Positions 45,880-56,961 are shown, counted from the first letter of the stretch. The stretch: DNA of 64,000 bases from a virus (IMGVR_UViG_3300041955_001937:8727-72726); one strand, 5' to 3'. Numbers and translations: made by a program. The notes: generated from the letters alone by a model not told the origin.

Positions 45880-46464
45880 ATGCCACGCACAATGACCACG
45901 GACGTGGGAACGGCGATCGCAGCCGATCTCCTGTTGCCGGCTTTCTTCCTGGTGGCCACGTTTACCACGGGACCGGTCTACCTCTGGACGGGCAACTATC
46001 CGATCGTATGGAACAGCCATACGTGGCTCGGCGTCGGCACGCTGGGCGGCATTTCCGTGATCGAGGAAGGCTCGGACGTGCAGGCGAAAGGCATCACGCT
46101 CACGCTCAGCGGCTTCGATGCCACGCTGCTGCCCGACGTCCTGACGGAATTTCAACTTGGCGCACCGGTGACCGTATATGTCGGATTCTTCAACCCGATC
46201 AGTCTCGCTCTCATCACTTCGCCGATCATCGCATGGGCGGGGCGCATGGATCAGCCGACCATCGACGTAGACGGCAAGTCGGCCGCCATTGGGATTAACT
46301 GCGAATCGCGCCTCATCGATCTCAACACGCCGGTGGACAGACGCTATACCCAAGACGATCAGCAGCTCGTGGCGCCGGGAGATCTCGGCTTCTCATTCCA
46401 GGCGGGCATTCAGGAAGTGACGATCTACTGGGGCGAGTCGCCGAACTCCAAAAACAACATCTGA
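45880..46464 (+). CDS. Tail tip / hub protein
   Basis: LWTG...WLGVGTLG...GRMD...CESRL...PGDLGF. Confidence 0.75.
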   Translation: MPRTMTTDVGTAIAADLLLPAFFLVATFTTGPVYLWTGNYPIVWNSHTWLGVGTLGGISVIEEGSDVQAKGITLTLSGFDATLLPDVLTEFQLGAPVTVYVGFFNPISLALITSPIIAWAGRMDQPTIDVDGKSAAIGINCESRLIDLNTPVDRRYTQDDQQLVAPGDLGFSFQAGIQEVTIYWGESPNSKNNI

Positions 46465-46898
46465 TGACTCGTTTCCCCGACTGGCCAGCGCGGCTCGATG
46501 CCTTCGTCACGCGCAACAAGGACGAGCGCTTCCGCTACGGACGGATGGATTGCTGCCTGTTCGTCTGCGATGCCATCGAGATCATGACCGGCATCGATCC
46601 GGCGATCGATTTCAGGGGCACGTACGGGTCCCGCGCGGAAGCGCTCCAGGCGATGCGGCGACATACGGGCAGTTCATCCGTGCGCAAAGTAGTGGAGCAC
46701 GTCACGGCGCGTCACGGTATGGGCAAGGTCCCCGTCCTGCGCCTGCAGCGCGGCGACATCGCTCTGATTAAGCGGCCACGCGACTATTCGCTCGGGATCG
46801 TGGCGCTGAACGGCCGGGAAGTGCTGGTTCGCGCGGCCAAAGGGATCGAGTCCGTCTCCCTGCTTTCTCCACTCCTTTGCCAGGGCTACCATGTCTAA
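46464..46898 (+). CDS. NlpC/P60-like tail assembly protein
   Basis: DWPARL...FRYGRMDCCLF...RGDI. Confidence 0.78.
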   Translation: MTRFPDWPARLDAFVTRNKDERFRYGRMDCCLFVCDAIEIMTGIDPAIDFRGTYGSRAEALQAMRRHTGSSSVRKVVEHVTARHGMGKVPVLRLQRGDIALIKRPRDYSLGIVALNGREVLVRAAKGIESVSLLSPLLCQGYHV

Positions 46899-49800
46899 AT
46901 TTGTCGGCGTGATCCTCGGAGGACTCGCCATCGCTGTCGGCGTGCTGATCGATATCGGCACTTTCGGCGCGTTGACCCCGCTTCTGGTTGGCCTGGCGGC
47001 GGCGCTTCTGACGGCGGGCACCGGCCTGGTCCTGTCCGGAGTCGGGACGCTCATTTCGGGATCCGCCCAGCAGATGGGCGCCGGCATTGCCTTCGCCTCG
47101 CGCAACCCGATCAAGTCCTGGGACGTGATCTATGGCTACACCGTCGTCGGCGGCACGGTGGTTTACATTCTGGGCTGGGAAACCGGGGATGGAAACTACT
47201 ATCTCGATCTCGTAGTCGTTCTCTGCGCTCATCAGGTCCAAAGCATCGACCGGCTTTTATTCGACAAACAGTTCGTCCAGTTGAACGGCAACGGAGACAG
47301 CTTCTCGCCGGTCCAGCAGAACATCAATATCCAGCACATCGCCCGCACGAACGGCATCGTACAGGTCACGCTTCCCGCCGATATTCCGCTCCTGCAGGTG
47401 GGCGATCGCATCGCGGTTCAGAACATCACCGGCGACTATACGCTGAACGGAACTTTTCCGGTCGCCGAAATTATCCGCCAGGTTTACGAGATCGGCACGC
47501 CGGGGGCGCTGATCTTCCGTTATGTCTGCGGCGGCGGCAATTCCATCGTCGATAACGAAGGGCAGGTGCTCACCGTGTGGCCGGATTATGGGGCCAAGGT
47601 TCACATGGAAACCATGCTGGGCGCGCAAACGCTGGGCGAGACATTCCCCGGCATGCTCGGCAGCGGCACTCCGATCGATGGGAATCTCGGCAACCTCGTA
47701 CAGAATCCGCACAACCCGTGGACCGCGAATTGTTCACTGGTCGGCAAAGCGTGCGTGTTCCTGCGACTGCATTACAGCGCCGCGATCTTCAGCGGCGGAC
47801 TGCCCGCCATCAGTTTCGAGGTCCACGGCAAAAACGACATTTACGATCCCCGCCTCGGCGCACACGGCGGCGTCGGGACGACGGGCTACACCGACAATGC
47901 CGCGCTGGTGATCGCGGACTATCTGAGCATGGGGTCGAGTGGCGATCCCAACACCGGCTGGGGTTTCAAAGCGGTCTGGGGCACTGAGCTTCCCACCGCG
48001 ACTTACATTGCCGAGGCGAACATCTGCGATGAAGACGTGCCGCTGGCGATCGGCGGATCGATTCCTTACAGCACCGGCACGGTAACCGTGACGCACGGAT
48101 CCACAACGGTGACCGGCGCGGGAACCACTTGGACCGCCGCGATGGACGGCGGGGCAATCATCGTGGGCGGCTATATCGCCACCATCCTTTCCGCGAGTGG
48201 CACGAGCATGACGCTGCGCGCCGGCTTTGCGGGGCCGAACGGATCGGCGCAGGGATACGAAATCGCTTACGGGGCCGGTTTCGAGCCGCGCTATCAGGCC
48301 GATGGCACTTTCGATCTGTCGCACAGTCGCGGCGTGATTCTGCAAAACCTGCTCACCTCGTGCGCCGGGCGGCTGAGCTTTCAGGCCGGGCAATACATTC
48401 TGCAAACCGGATCGTGGCGCGGGGCATCTCCGGCGCCGGCGCCGTCCATGGGTTCGATGTCCGGGGGCTTTCGCTGGAAAACGACGCCGCAGATCCGCGA
48501 TCTGTACAACGGCGTCAAGGGAACTTACATTTGCCCGGCAAACAACTGGCATGCCGCGGACATTCCGCCGTATTGCCAGGATTCGCTGCACGGCTACAGC
48601 GGCCCATCGGACTATGGCGGCGATTCCAATCTGGCTGCCGATGGCGGGGACCGGCGCTGGTTCGACATGCAGCTTCCGTTCACGACTTCGCCATCGAGGG
48701 CGCAGCGGATTTGCAAGATCGAACTCCTGCGGCGCCGCTTCTGGGGTACCGGCACTTTCCGATACAACATGATCGGCTACCAGTTCACCGCGTTGGACGT
48801 GATTTCGATGAACCTGACGCTGTTCAGTTGGACGGCGAAGACTCTCGAAATTGCCGCGCACCGTTTCGTCATCATCAAACAGGTATTGGAGAGCGGGGAA
48901 GAAGTCTCGGCGCTGGGCACTGAGATCGACGTGCAGGAAACCGACGCGTCAATTTACGATTGGTCGACGACGGAGGAGCTTTCGCCCGAGGGCTATGCGC
49001 AGCCCTATCTGGCGAATCCGTTCACGCCTTCGCCGCCCACCGGGCTCACGCTCGAAAGCGATTTATCGACGGCCGTTTCCACTCCGGCGGGCCTGTCCGA
49101 CGCCATCCAGGTGAGCTGGACCGCGCCGGCGGACGGCTATGTGATCGAGGGCGGGCACATCGAAGTCCAGTATCAGGAAGTTTTCAGTTACCTCACCGGA
49201 TCGGCCGGCGCGACCAACGGATCGGTCGATGTCACCGGCGTGGGCACGGATTGGACAACCGCGATGGAAGGCGGCGCCATCACCATCCAGGGCGCCCCCT
49301 ATACCGTCGCCACGGTTACGGGCGCCGGTGCGCTCACTCTGACCATCGTCTTCGCCGGCATCACGGCCACCGGACTTTCTTACGCGATCGCTTATCCCGA
49401 CGCATGGACCGGCCTGCCGAGCGTCTCGCCTTCAGTTACGCAGGTCCTCATCACCGGCGTGGACGATGGCGCGATCTATAACGTGCAAATCCGATCGGTC
49501 AACGCCAGCGGATTTCCTTCCTCGTGGGTGGCGGGTTCCGTCATTGCCCGAGGCGCGAGTCTGCCCTATGCGTGGAAGCCCGGCTATGAGCCGTATCTGT
49601 TCGCGGAATCCGGCTACAGCTTCGGCGGGCAGGTGGGGCCTGTAACCGCGAGCATCTTCGGTTTCAGTCCCGGAATTCCGGCTGGCGTGATCGCGCTGAA
49701 GGGCAACATGCCGGTTAACACCGAATCGGCAACCGCGGGCATGCCGGTTATCGATCGGTTCGCCACAGTGGCCGCGCATTCGGGGAATACGCTGCCCGTG

Positions 49801-51165
49801 ATCTCCGGCTTCCTTCAGGTCTTTGGCATCGATTCCGGCGGCGCGCGCTCGGAGAGCTCGAATATTTCCCAGTTCAACGTGATCGTCACTGCCTCGCGCG
49901 TTTCGTTCGGCGTCACATGGGGCGTCAACACGGTTGCCTACGAAGTCTTCGTCGGATGGGATCTCGATGCCATGGTCGGGCTCGGCGCGGTGACGCCCGG
50001 TTCATTGCCGGCAACCATCAATCTCGACAGTTTCGCCGACTATCCGGGAATCTATGGCCCACCGGATCCGCGCGCCGTAAGCGCATTGGTGCGCGGCAAG
50101 CAGGTGATCCACGCTGGCATTCTGGCCTGCAACGTCGCCTCGAAAACGTCGACGACGGTCGTCGTAGGCATGCCGGCCGCTGCCACGGTCAACTTCTTCG
50201 TGGGTCGCTATCTGATCCTGCCGGGCACTTCGGGGACCGCCTTCGGCCACGGAATCATCGGCCCGATCACGGCCAGCGATACCGGCAGTCCGCTTTGCAC
50301 CTTGACGATCGCCAGCGGGCTGGGGGTAGGCGGAGACTTCCTCGGCTTCGGCGTCGACCAGTTGATTTTCATCTCGATGCTCTCCGACACCAACACCGCC
50401 ACGAGCATCGGAGACAGCGGCACACTGAACCCGTTCTACCCGACGGGCATGGTCGTGGATGACGAGACAGGCGAAATCGTCCGCGTGATCTGGGATCCGA
50501 CCGGAGTGGGCTGGGGAGCGCAGGCGACGGTCTTGTCGAACACCGACGCTGTCAGCCAGACCACGCAATTCCTGCTGCCTGACGGAACGCCCGTGACGCC
50601 CGGCGCCGGCTCGGCATTCATCTACGAGGCGGCTACCTGGGGGGCGAGCAACACGGTGGAAATCCCGGCGAATTCGACGGCGCCCACGCTGGCCGGGCCG
50701 AATCCGGCTCTCGCGCTGGTTCTGAACGATGCGCCGCTGGGCGGCGATGCCGTGTTGGTCCAGATTCTCCTGCGGGATGCGAACGGCAACCTCAGCGACG
50801 AAACCACGGATACTCTGCGGATGTTTTACGTTCCGCCGGCGCCGTCGATGCCGCTGGCGAGCATGTTCGTGAACGGGACGCTGGCGATCGAGAGCGATGC
50901 CGCGCCAAATCCGTATATGGTCGCCGCTTCGTCGCCCTCTTTTCTCAAGGCTTATGTAAAGCAGTCGCCCACGGGCGCGGGAATCACATTCACCATCACC
51001 GCGGGCGGCTCTCCCTGGGCCTCGGTTACCATTGCGGCTGGCACGACTTCGGCGATCGTCGCCAACCCCGGAGCGATCGTGGCGAATTCGCCCATCGTGG
51101 TGAGCATCAGCGCCGTGGGTACAACCTTCCCCGGCGCCGATCTGTCGATCTTCCTCTATTCCTGA
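46891..51165 (+). CDS. Central tail tip / host-specificity protein (gpJ-like, FN3-like domains)
   Basis: VIYG, GKNDIYDPR, NAALVIADYL, YNGVKGTY, VSWTAP, YNVQIRSVN. Confidence 0.85.
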   Translation: MSKFVGVILGGLAIAVGVLIDIGTFGALTPLLVGLAAALLTAGTGLVLSGVGTLISGSAQQMGAGIAFASRNPIKSWDVIYGYTVVGGTVVYILGWETGDGNYYLDLVVVLCAHQVQSIDRLLFDKQFVQLNGNGDSFSPVQQNINIQHIARTNGIVQVTLPADIPLLQVGDRIAVQNITGDYTLNGTFPVAEIIRQVYEIGTPGALIFRYVCGGGNSIVDNEGQVLTVWPDYGAKVHMETMLGAQTLGETFPGMLGSGTPIDGNLGNLVQNPHNPWTANCSLVGKACVFLRLHYSAAIFSGGLPAISFEVHGKNDIYDPRLGAHGGVGTTGYTDNAALVIADYLSMGSSGDPNTGWGFKAVWGTELPTATYIAEANICDEDVPLAIGGSIPYSTGTVTVTHGSTTVTGAGTTWTAAMDGGAIIVGGYIATILSASGTSMTLRAGFAGPNGSAQGYEIAYGAGFEPRYQADGTFDLSHSRGVILQNLLTSCAGRLSFQAGQYILQTGSWRGASPAPAPSMGSMSGGFRWKTTPQIRDLYNGVKGTYICPANNWHAADIPPYCQDSLHGYSGPSDYGGDSNLAADGGDRRWFDMQLPFTTSPSRAQRICKIELLRRRFWGTGTFRYNMIGYQFTALDVISMNLTLFSWTAKTLEIAAHRFVIIKQVLESGEEVSALGTEIDVQETDASIYDWSTTEELSPEGYAQPYLANPFTPSPPTGLTLESDLSTAVSTPAGLSDAIQVSWTAPADGYVIEGGHIEVQYQEVFSYLTGSAGATNGSVDVTGVGTDWTTAMEGGAITIQGAPYTVATVTGAGALTLTIVFAGITATGLSYAIAYPDAWTGLPSVSPSVTQVLITGVDDGAIYNVQIRSVNASGFPSSWVAGSVIARGASLPYAWKPGYEPYLFAESGYSFGGQVGPVTASIFGFSPGIPAGVIALKGNMPVNTESATAGMPVIDRFATVAAHSGNTLPVISGFLQVFGIDSGGARSESSNISQFNVIVTASRVSFGVTWGVNTVAYEVFVGWDLDAMVGLGAVTPGSLPATINLDSFADYPGIYGPPDPRAVSALVRGKQVIHAGILACNVASKTSTTVVVGMPAAATVNFFVGRYLILPGTSGTAFGHGIIGPITASDTGSPLCTLTIASGLGVGGDFLGFGVDQLIFISMLSDTNTATSIGDSGTLNPFYPTGMVVDDETGEIVRVIWDPTGVGWGAQATVLSNTDAVSQTTQFLLPDGTPVTPGAGSAFIYEAATWGASNTVEIPANSTAPTLAGPNPALALVLNDAPLGGDAVLVQILLRDANGNLSDETTDTLRMFYVPPAPSMPLASMFVNGTLAIESDAAPNPYMVAASSPSFLKAYVKQSPTGAGITFTITAGGSPWASVTIAAGTTSAIVANPGAIVANSPIVVSISAVGTTFPGADLSIFLYS

Positions 51166-51388
51166 GAACGGTGATCGCCTCGTCCATCGGCGATCAGGCG
51201 GTCCAGTTCATGCAGACGCGGGTCCCATTGTGTTTTGTCGACCGGCAGCGGGTTGTCCTTTCGGAGGCCGCGGCCATTTGCCTCTGCCATCCGCTAACGA
51301 TTGATTCCGCTCCATGCGGCGCCGGCGCTGGAAGGAGCGCATCGCCGCATCTCGCTGCACGTACATAAACCAAGCATCGTACAAAGAA

Positions 51389-54300
51389 ATGGCGATTTCA
51401 AAGCTCCAGCCTCACCGCAGTATGTACCTGCGCGGCTTCGACCGGCGTGGTGCGGTGGCTGCTATGCATAACGCAGGCGCGGGCGGATTCACCGTCTCCG
51501 GAGCATGGAGCGATCAGGCGGATTTCGCCGTGTGCGTGCTGTTCGACGCCGACGATCAGTACGGACACCTTTACACGTCGCGATGCCTTCCGGATTTCTC
51601 GCTTGCCGGCGTCACGCTGGATTTCGACTTGGCGTTGACGGGCTGCCAGAATCCGATCAGTACTAAATTCCCGAGCGTGCCATGGGGCTCGCTCAGTTAC
51701 ATCAAGCGGACCGTGTCGGCAGGCGTGGTGACCGAAACCCCCGGCAGCGTGGCGCTGAACATCACGTCCACGACGGGAGCCGTGGCGGCATCCTGCACCT
51801 ACACCGTGAACGGCACGCCGGTGACGGGGGACCGCGTGCAACTGGTCTATCTCAGTAACATCGTTTTCGACGTGACGATGCCCGGCGGGGTCACGTTTGC
51901 GTTCTTCAATTACCTTGGGACGGGCTACCACCACACCATCACGATCGGCAGCAACACCTATACGCATGTCCAGCTTTCGACGGACGGCTCGGGCGATATT
52001 GCGATCGCGCTGGCCGGGCTGATCAACGGGATCGATCCGCACGCGTCGGCGGTGGCATCGTCCAACAACGTGGCGCTCGGCGCGATTCTCAATACAGGGG
52101 CTTCGGTGAGCTGTTCGGCCTCGGACGGCAACGGGCCTGGGACGCTGATCGAGATATCGAGCGGGACGGGGGTCTCGGCGGCGCTGGTGGCGCAGATCAA
52201 TGGCAGTGGATATTTGACGGCCGTCCAAAGCGGCGCCAACTTCACGGTAAGCGCCCCGCCAGGACAGGACGGCAACGGCATCGAGCTGCTGGCGATGCAC
52301 AAAACAACCACATGCTGGCTGACACCGGCGGACACGTCGCTAATCTCGGGCACAACCTCGAAGCTGACCGGCGGGGTCGATCCGACCTCGATCCACGTGC
52401 ATCTGGATTTCACGGCGCTGGGAATCGATAGTGTGCGGCAGTTGTGGTTCACGTTCGCGCCGGCCCTGCATTACGATTCGGGATCGGTCAATCCCGCGCT
52501 GGTGGCGTATACGCCTGTTGAGTGGTCCGCCGTTTTCACGAACTGGACGCTGGCGGATCCCAATACGCACCTGCCGCTGAAACTGGCCGGGGCGGGTTCG
52601 GTGACGCTATCGAGTGTCGATTTTTCGGCAGAGTACTCCGGGACGGGATGGGGCGCGATCGCCGGATGGTATTTGAACGGCTATGCGCAGCAGAGCGCAA
52701 ACGCCGGCGACAGCATCACTATCGCGTGGAGCTGCCAGTACACGCACTCACTCTATATAGGGACGGCTCTTTCGACCTCGGGCGGATTGTTCAGCGTTTC
52801 CGTGAATGGCGGGGCCACGGCAACGATCAGCGCCTATGCGGATCAATCGCCGGCCGCGCCGATCTCCGGACGGCGGTTGATTGCCTCCGGGATCGCGGCG
52901 GGCGCGCACACGGTCACTCTGACAGTGTCCAGCGGAACTTGTCTGTTCGATTTCCTGCAGGCGGCGGTGCTGGCGGATCCGGTTGCGCCGGCCACAACAT
53001 TTTCGAATCTGAACTGCGCCTGCGATTACGACACCGGGCAGACTTACCAGATCCCTCCGGAGCGGGCGCTGTGGATACTGAGCCAGGCGGGATTCGCGGG
53101 CGACGTCGATTTCTATGCGGGCGTGTTCTTCGCCCTCAAACGTATTCGCAACGGCGGTAACTTCCACGTGGCCACCGTGACGATTGCGGGGACGCCAACG
53201 ATCGGAGATATCTATTACGTCGATATCGGCGGCACATCGGTGGCCGTGGGGACTTTCGCGGCCGACACGCTTACCACTTTGGCGCAACGGCTGGTGAATG
53301 GCATCAATGCTTTGTTCGTCGGCGTGCGCGCGACACCCGCACTGACGGCGGGGCAATTCACCGTTACCTGCCTGAGCCCCGTCAATGGCTTCACCTTTCC
53401 AGCCCCGACGACCAGTGTGGGAGCGACCGGCACGATTGCCGTGACCGGTGACGTCGGAGCGGGCAACGAAGGCACGTGGGCAGTGGATGCATCGCAGGCG
53501 TCGCCGCTCAATCGAGGATTCGTCGATTATCTGGCGGACTTCGCCGCGCTGGTGCATGCGGCGGGGCAGACGATGACGGTGGCATTCAGCCAGGAGCTTC
53601 TCGCGCCTCCCGATTCCAACGACGCCGCGCCGGCGTCAGTGACGTTCGGATTCTTCAATTATCTGGGCACGGGGTACGCGCATTACATTACGATCGGCGG
53701 CGAGACTTACACGCATATCCAGCTCGCGGGCGACGGATCGGGCGATATTGCGATCGCGCTGACAGTGCTGATCAACGCCGGGGGAGGGGATCCGAACGCG
53801 GTGGCCACGGTGAGCGCGAATGACGTCATCCTGTCGCCCCGGTGCACAGGAGATGTTGCGTGTTCGGCCTCGGACGGCAACGGGCCGGGGACGCTGAAAT
53901 CCGGCGCGTGGGCGCAAAGATTCCCGGACGGATCGAGCGTATTGACCGATACCAGCTTCGGATCGTGGGGTGCGGGGGTAGTGGACGGCGTGAGTGGAAG
54001 CGGTCCGCAAACCATCGAGCAGATCGGCCACGGCTACATCACCGGCAACACGGTACACATCGCGCAGGGCCCCCCTTTACCAACGGCCGGCGCCGTGTGG
54101 GCTGTAACTATGACCGACGCCAACCATTATCAGCTCACCACCCTGAAGTCGGGGACATCGTTCACGGTGGCCGCGGGCGCCACTACGCTGATCGACCTGC
54201 AGACGTCGCAATGCAACTTCAATCCCGCGACGGCGACGGCGTATCTCACCAAATGCTATATCCAGGCGGCGAACATTCTCCATGCGGCGGGGCTCGTTCC

Positions 54301-55186
54301 GTGGCTGCAATTCGGCGAGGTGGGATGGTGGTTTTATTCGTCGTTCGAAGGCGAGCTCGCGGGCTACGCCAGTCGGACGTCGCCGATATCGATCGGGACG
54401 GTGGCCCCGCACGGACTCGCGACCGGACAGAATGTCATCGCGGCGGGGGTGCAGGGGAACACGGCGGCGAACGGCACATGGCCCATCGTGGTGACCGACT
54501 CCACGCACTTCACCGAAACCGGATCCACCGGCAACGGCAACTATGTGGGTGGCACGGGAACGGTGAGTGGCGGCGGCATGGCTTACTATGACGCCTACAC
54601 AGCCGCGGCCGCGGTGACGGCGCTATCTCGGGCACTGGCACCCTTCTGGACGCAGGATGACGATCCCTCCATCAACTCTCACGCAGACGCCAACTTCCTG
54701 CGGACGCAGGTTTACACGCACATGCACACGATTTGGGCCGCTGTGTTGGCCGCCCAATCGACCGCTAAAGCGGAATGGCTGCTGCCACTCGACGTGGACG
54801 CGGCGGCCGTCTTCTGGACGGACGGCTACCCGTATCCGCAGGGCGGCCGATTGAATAATTACGTGAACATCCCCAGCCAGTATATGAGTCCCGGGTCGGA
54901 CATCGCGCGGCTGAAAATAGAGTGCCTGTCGTTCGGCAGCGCCTATCGGTCGATGGATCAGGTGACTGCGGCGATCGCGTACGCGCGCAGTCCGCTGTCG
55001 TGGCCCGTGGCCGATCTGGCGTATCTCGTCGCCTGGTTCAACGGCGGCTGCAGATGGGAGCGGGAATTCCAGATCGCGTCGGGATCCGCCCCGCTGATCA
55101 ATATGTGGGCCTTCGATCACTTCTGTTTGTTGAGTTGGCCCGCGCCGCCGTTCTCGGCTGCAACCTCCTGGGCTTCCACCGTTTGA
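51389..55186 (+). CDS. Large tail-associated protein with repeated beta modules and C-terminal TIM-barrel-like region
   Basis: ISKLQPHR start; LQFGEVGWW; internal duplication. Confidence 0.75.
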   Translation: MAISKLQPHRSMYLRGFDRRGAVAAMHNAGAGGFTVSGAWSDQADFAVCVLFDADDQYGHLYTSRCLPDFSLAGVTLDFDLALTGCQNPISTKFPSVPWGSLSYIKRTVSAGVVTETPGSVALNITSTTGAVAASCTYTVNGTPVTGDRVQLVYLSNIVFDVTMPGGVTFAFFNYLGTGYHHTITIGSNTYTHVQLSTDGSGDIAIALAGLINGIDPHASAVASSNNVALGAILNTGASVSCSASDGNGPGTLIEISSGTGVSAALVAQINGSGYLTAVQSGANFTVSAPPGQDGNGIELLAMHKTTTCWLTPADTSLISGTTSKLTGGVDPTSIHVHLDFTALGIDSVRQLWFTFAPALHYDSGSVNPALVAYTPVEWSAVFTNWTLADPNTHLPLKLAGAGSVTLSSVDFSAEYSGTGWGAIAGWYLNGYAQQSANAGDSITIAWSCQYTHSLYIGTALSTSGGLFSVSVNGGATATISAYADQSPAAPISGRRLIASGIAAGAHTVTLTVSSGTCLFDFLQAAVLADPVAPATTFSNLNCACDYDTGQTYQIPPERALWILSQAGFAGDVDFYAGVFFALKRIRNGGNFHVATVTIAGTPTIGDIYYVDIGGTSVAVGTFAADTLTTLAQRLVNGINALFVGVRATPALTAGQFTVTCLSPVNGFTFPAPTTSVGATGTIAVTGDVGAGNEGTWAVDASQASPLNRGFVDYLADFAALVHAAGQTMTVAFSQELLAPPDSNDAAPASVTFGFFNYLGTGYAHYITIGGETYTHIQLAGDGSGDIAIALTVLINAGGGDPNAVATVSANDVILSPRCTGDVACSASDGNGPGTLKSGAWAQRFPDGSSVLTDTSFGSWGAGVVDGVSGSGPQTIEQIGHGYITGNTVHIAQGPPLPTAGAVWAVTMTDANHYQLTTLKSGTSFTVAAGATTLIDLQTSQCNFNPATATAYLTKCYIQAANILHAAGLVPWLQFGEVGWWFYSSFEGELAGYASRTSPISIGTVAPHGLATGQNVIAAGVQGNTAANGTWPIVVTDSTHFTETGSTGNGNYVGGTGTVSGGGMAYYDAYTAAAAVTALSRALAPFWTQDDDPSINSHADANFLRTQVYTHMHTIWAAVLAAQSTAKAEWLLPLDVDAAAVFWTDGYPYPQGGRLNNYVNIPSQYMSPGSDIARLKIECLSFGSAYRSMDQVTAAIAYARSPLSWPVADLAYLVAWFNGGCRWEREFQIASGSAPLINMWAFDHFCLLSWPAPPFSAATSWASTV

Positions 55187-55199
55187 AAGGTAAATCAAA

Positions 55200-56105
55200 G
55201 TGAAAAAACTCCTTCTCGCCGTTCTGGCGTGCGCGCCGCTTTATGCGCTGCCGGCCTGCACCCAAATCACCGATCAGATCCCGACAATCGGCGTTGCGGC
55301 GCCGGGATGGATGACGGGCACTATCGATCTGTCGCTCGGCTATTCGCAGGGCGATGGGGCGTACCTCTTCCCAGCCCTCTCCGCGCGTCTGACGGTCGCC
55401 AACGGCGTAGTCGATACCTGCCAGCCCGCCGGGACATACAGCGTGCTTTATTCGACGCGCAGACCTCCTCCTTTGACGGGCGTCACCACGGCGCCGCGAG
55501 TCTGGACAGTCCCTGTCACCGGGGGGCCTTACACGGTGGCATCCATCGAAAGTGGAACGCCATCAACGCCCGCGATCAGCCCGCTTCCGCTTGCGCTCCT
55601 CTCGCCAAATCTCGGCGCGAATCCTCCACTTGTCTTCAGTTCGGGCGTTTACTCCTGTCCCACATGCTTTTCCTTGACGGAGGTGCGCAACGAGGGACTG
55701 TGGACGGAATACACCGGCGCTGTTTCGCCGGTCGCGAGCGGATCGCTCTCGATCTCCAGCGGAGTGGCTACTTTTGTCAGTGGCACACCGTTGACTGATT
55801 CGATGCTTCGAGAAGTCATGCTGATATCCGGCGTCGGCTACTACATCACGACCTTGACCGATGTCGGCGGCGTCATCAGTCTTCAGTTCACCCCCACGCC
55901 GGCAGATGGAACGGTCTCTTACGTCATCGGTCTTGCGTGGACTCTCGCCCACACTCCCAGCGCAATAGGAGCTACTTGCTGGTACAACGGCAACCATCAA
56001 AGCCCCGGCGGTATCGATTACACACTCAATGGAAACGTCATCTCATCGGTCTACTGGAACCCGACTGACCTAACGGCAAGTCCAGCTTGCGATTACCAAT
56101 ACTAG
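55200..56105 (+). CDS. Signal-peptide-bearing beta-rich protein
   Basis: MKKLLLAVLACAPLYA; C-terminal YNGNHQ..GIDYTLNGNVI. Confidence 0.65.
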   Translation: MKKLLLAVLACAPLYALPACTQITDQIPTIGVAAPGWMTGTIDLSLGYSQGDGAYLFPALSARLTVANGVVDTCQPAGTYSVLYSTRRPPPLTGVTTAPRVWTVPVTGGPYTVASIESGTPSTPAISPLPLALLSPNLGANPPLVFSSGVYSCPTCFSLTEVRNEGLWTEYTGAVSPVASGSLSISSGVATFVSGTPLTDSMLREVMLISGVGYYITTLTDVGGVISLQFTPTPADGTVSYVIGLAWTLAHTPSAIGATCWYNGNHQSPGGIDYTLNGNVISSVYWNPTDLTASPACDYQY

Positions 56106-56137
56106 AAGGCGAACAGACGGCGAATATAGCTTGAAAG

Positions 56138-56455
56138 TCACTGGCTTACCTGACTGTTTGGATGACTTTCGTTCGCCCTTTTTTGACTAATTGGATGACT
56201 TTCATTCGCCTCGACGGCCAATTCCGCTGGAGTTTCAACCAGGAAAATGACCCTTCCCTCGGTTCGAATGCGCCCCCGGATTTTCCACCGCCGGATGGCC
56301 CTGCTCACGCGCTGCTTGGCGAGCCCCAACTCGGCGGCGCAATCGGATTGGACGAGGGGCCGGAGATCTTCGTCCATCGCAAAGCCGTAGGGGTTGCCCG
56401 CGGCGTGGCGCTTCACCCAAGCGAGAACAGGCGCGTCGTCCCTCGATCTCACCAC
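56138..56455 (-). CDS. HTH-containing hypothetical protein, possibly a remnant
   Basis: QSDCAAELGLAKQRVSRAIRRW; ANESHP repeat. Confidence 0.45.
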   Translation of the reverse strand: MVRSRDDAPVLAWVKRHAAGNPYGFAMDEDLRPLVQSDCAAELGLAKQRVSRAIRRWKIRGRIRTEGRVIFLVETPAELAVEANESHPISQKRANESHPNSQVSQ

Positions 56456-56618
56456 AGCGAGAATGCGTGCTTCGTAAGGCGACGAAATCCGTGCGACGTT
56501 CGGGGACAGCGGCCTGCTCCTCTCGCTCCTCCAGAATCGGGAGGCTGAAACAAGAGTAGTTCAACTGCCGGCAGGTTCGCAACGATGACCTCACGATGAT
56601 CACGATGACTTCGCGCCA

Positions 56619-56647
56619 TTGACATTCCCGTCGTTTGAATATACAAT
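56619..56647 (+). promoter_or_regulatory. Consensus-like sigma70 promoter of the TA operon (leaderless spacing)
   Basis: TTGACA-17-TACAAT, 8 nt before ATG 56656. Confidence 0.75.
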
Positions 56648-56655
56648 AGTGTTAT

Positions 56656-56961
56656 ATGGATTCGAGATTCACATGGGACCCAGCGAAGGCACAGAAAAAC
56701 CTTCGGGTCCATGGAATCTCGTTCGAGACGGCGCAGGAAGTGTTCAGCGATCCGAACCATGTGGTCAACGAAAACTACTTTATCGAAGACCAGGGCGAAC
56801 AGCGTTACGGCATCATCGGCCTGACGCGGAATGTGGTTCTCCTGCTGGTGGTCTTCGTGGATCGGAGCGAAGCGGAGGCCGACGTCGGAGCCATTCACAT
56901 TATTTCAGCGAGAAAGGCGGACGACTATGAGCGCAGAGCGTACGAAGACCAATTCCGTTAG
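56656..56961 (+). CDS. brnT: BrnT-family toxin
   Basis: FTWDPAKAQKNLRVHGISFE...IISARKA. Confidence 0.9.
   Translation: MDSRFTWDPAKAQKNLRVHGISFETAQEVFSDPNHVVNENYFIEDQGEQRYGIIGLTRNVVLLLVVFVDRSEAEADVGAIHIISARKADDYERRAYEDQFR

Noticed and set aside
46891..56105. Diversity-generating retroelement acting on tail genes
   Set aside because: No reverse transcriptase seen; duplicated segments are in-frame domains and differences are not adenine-specific
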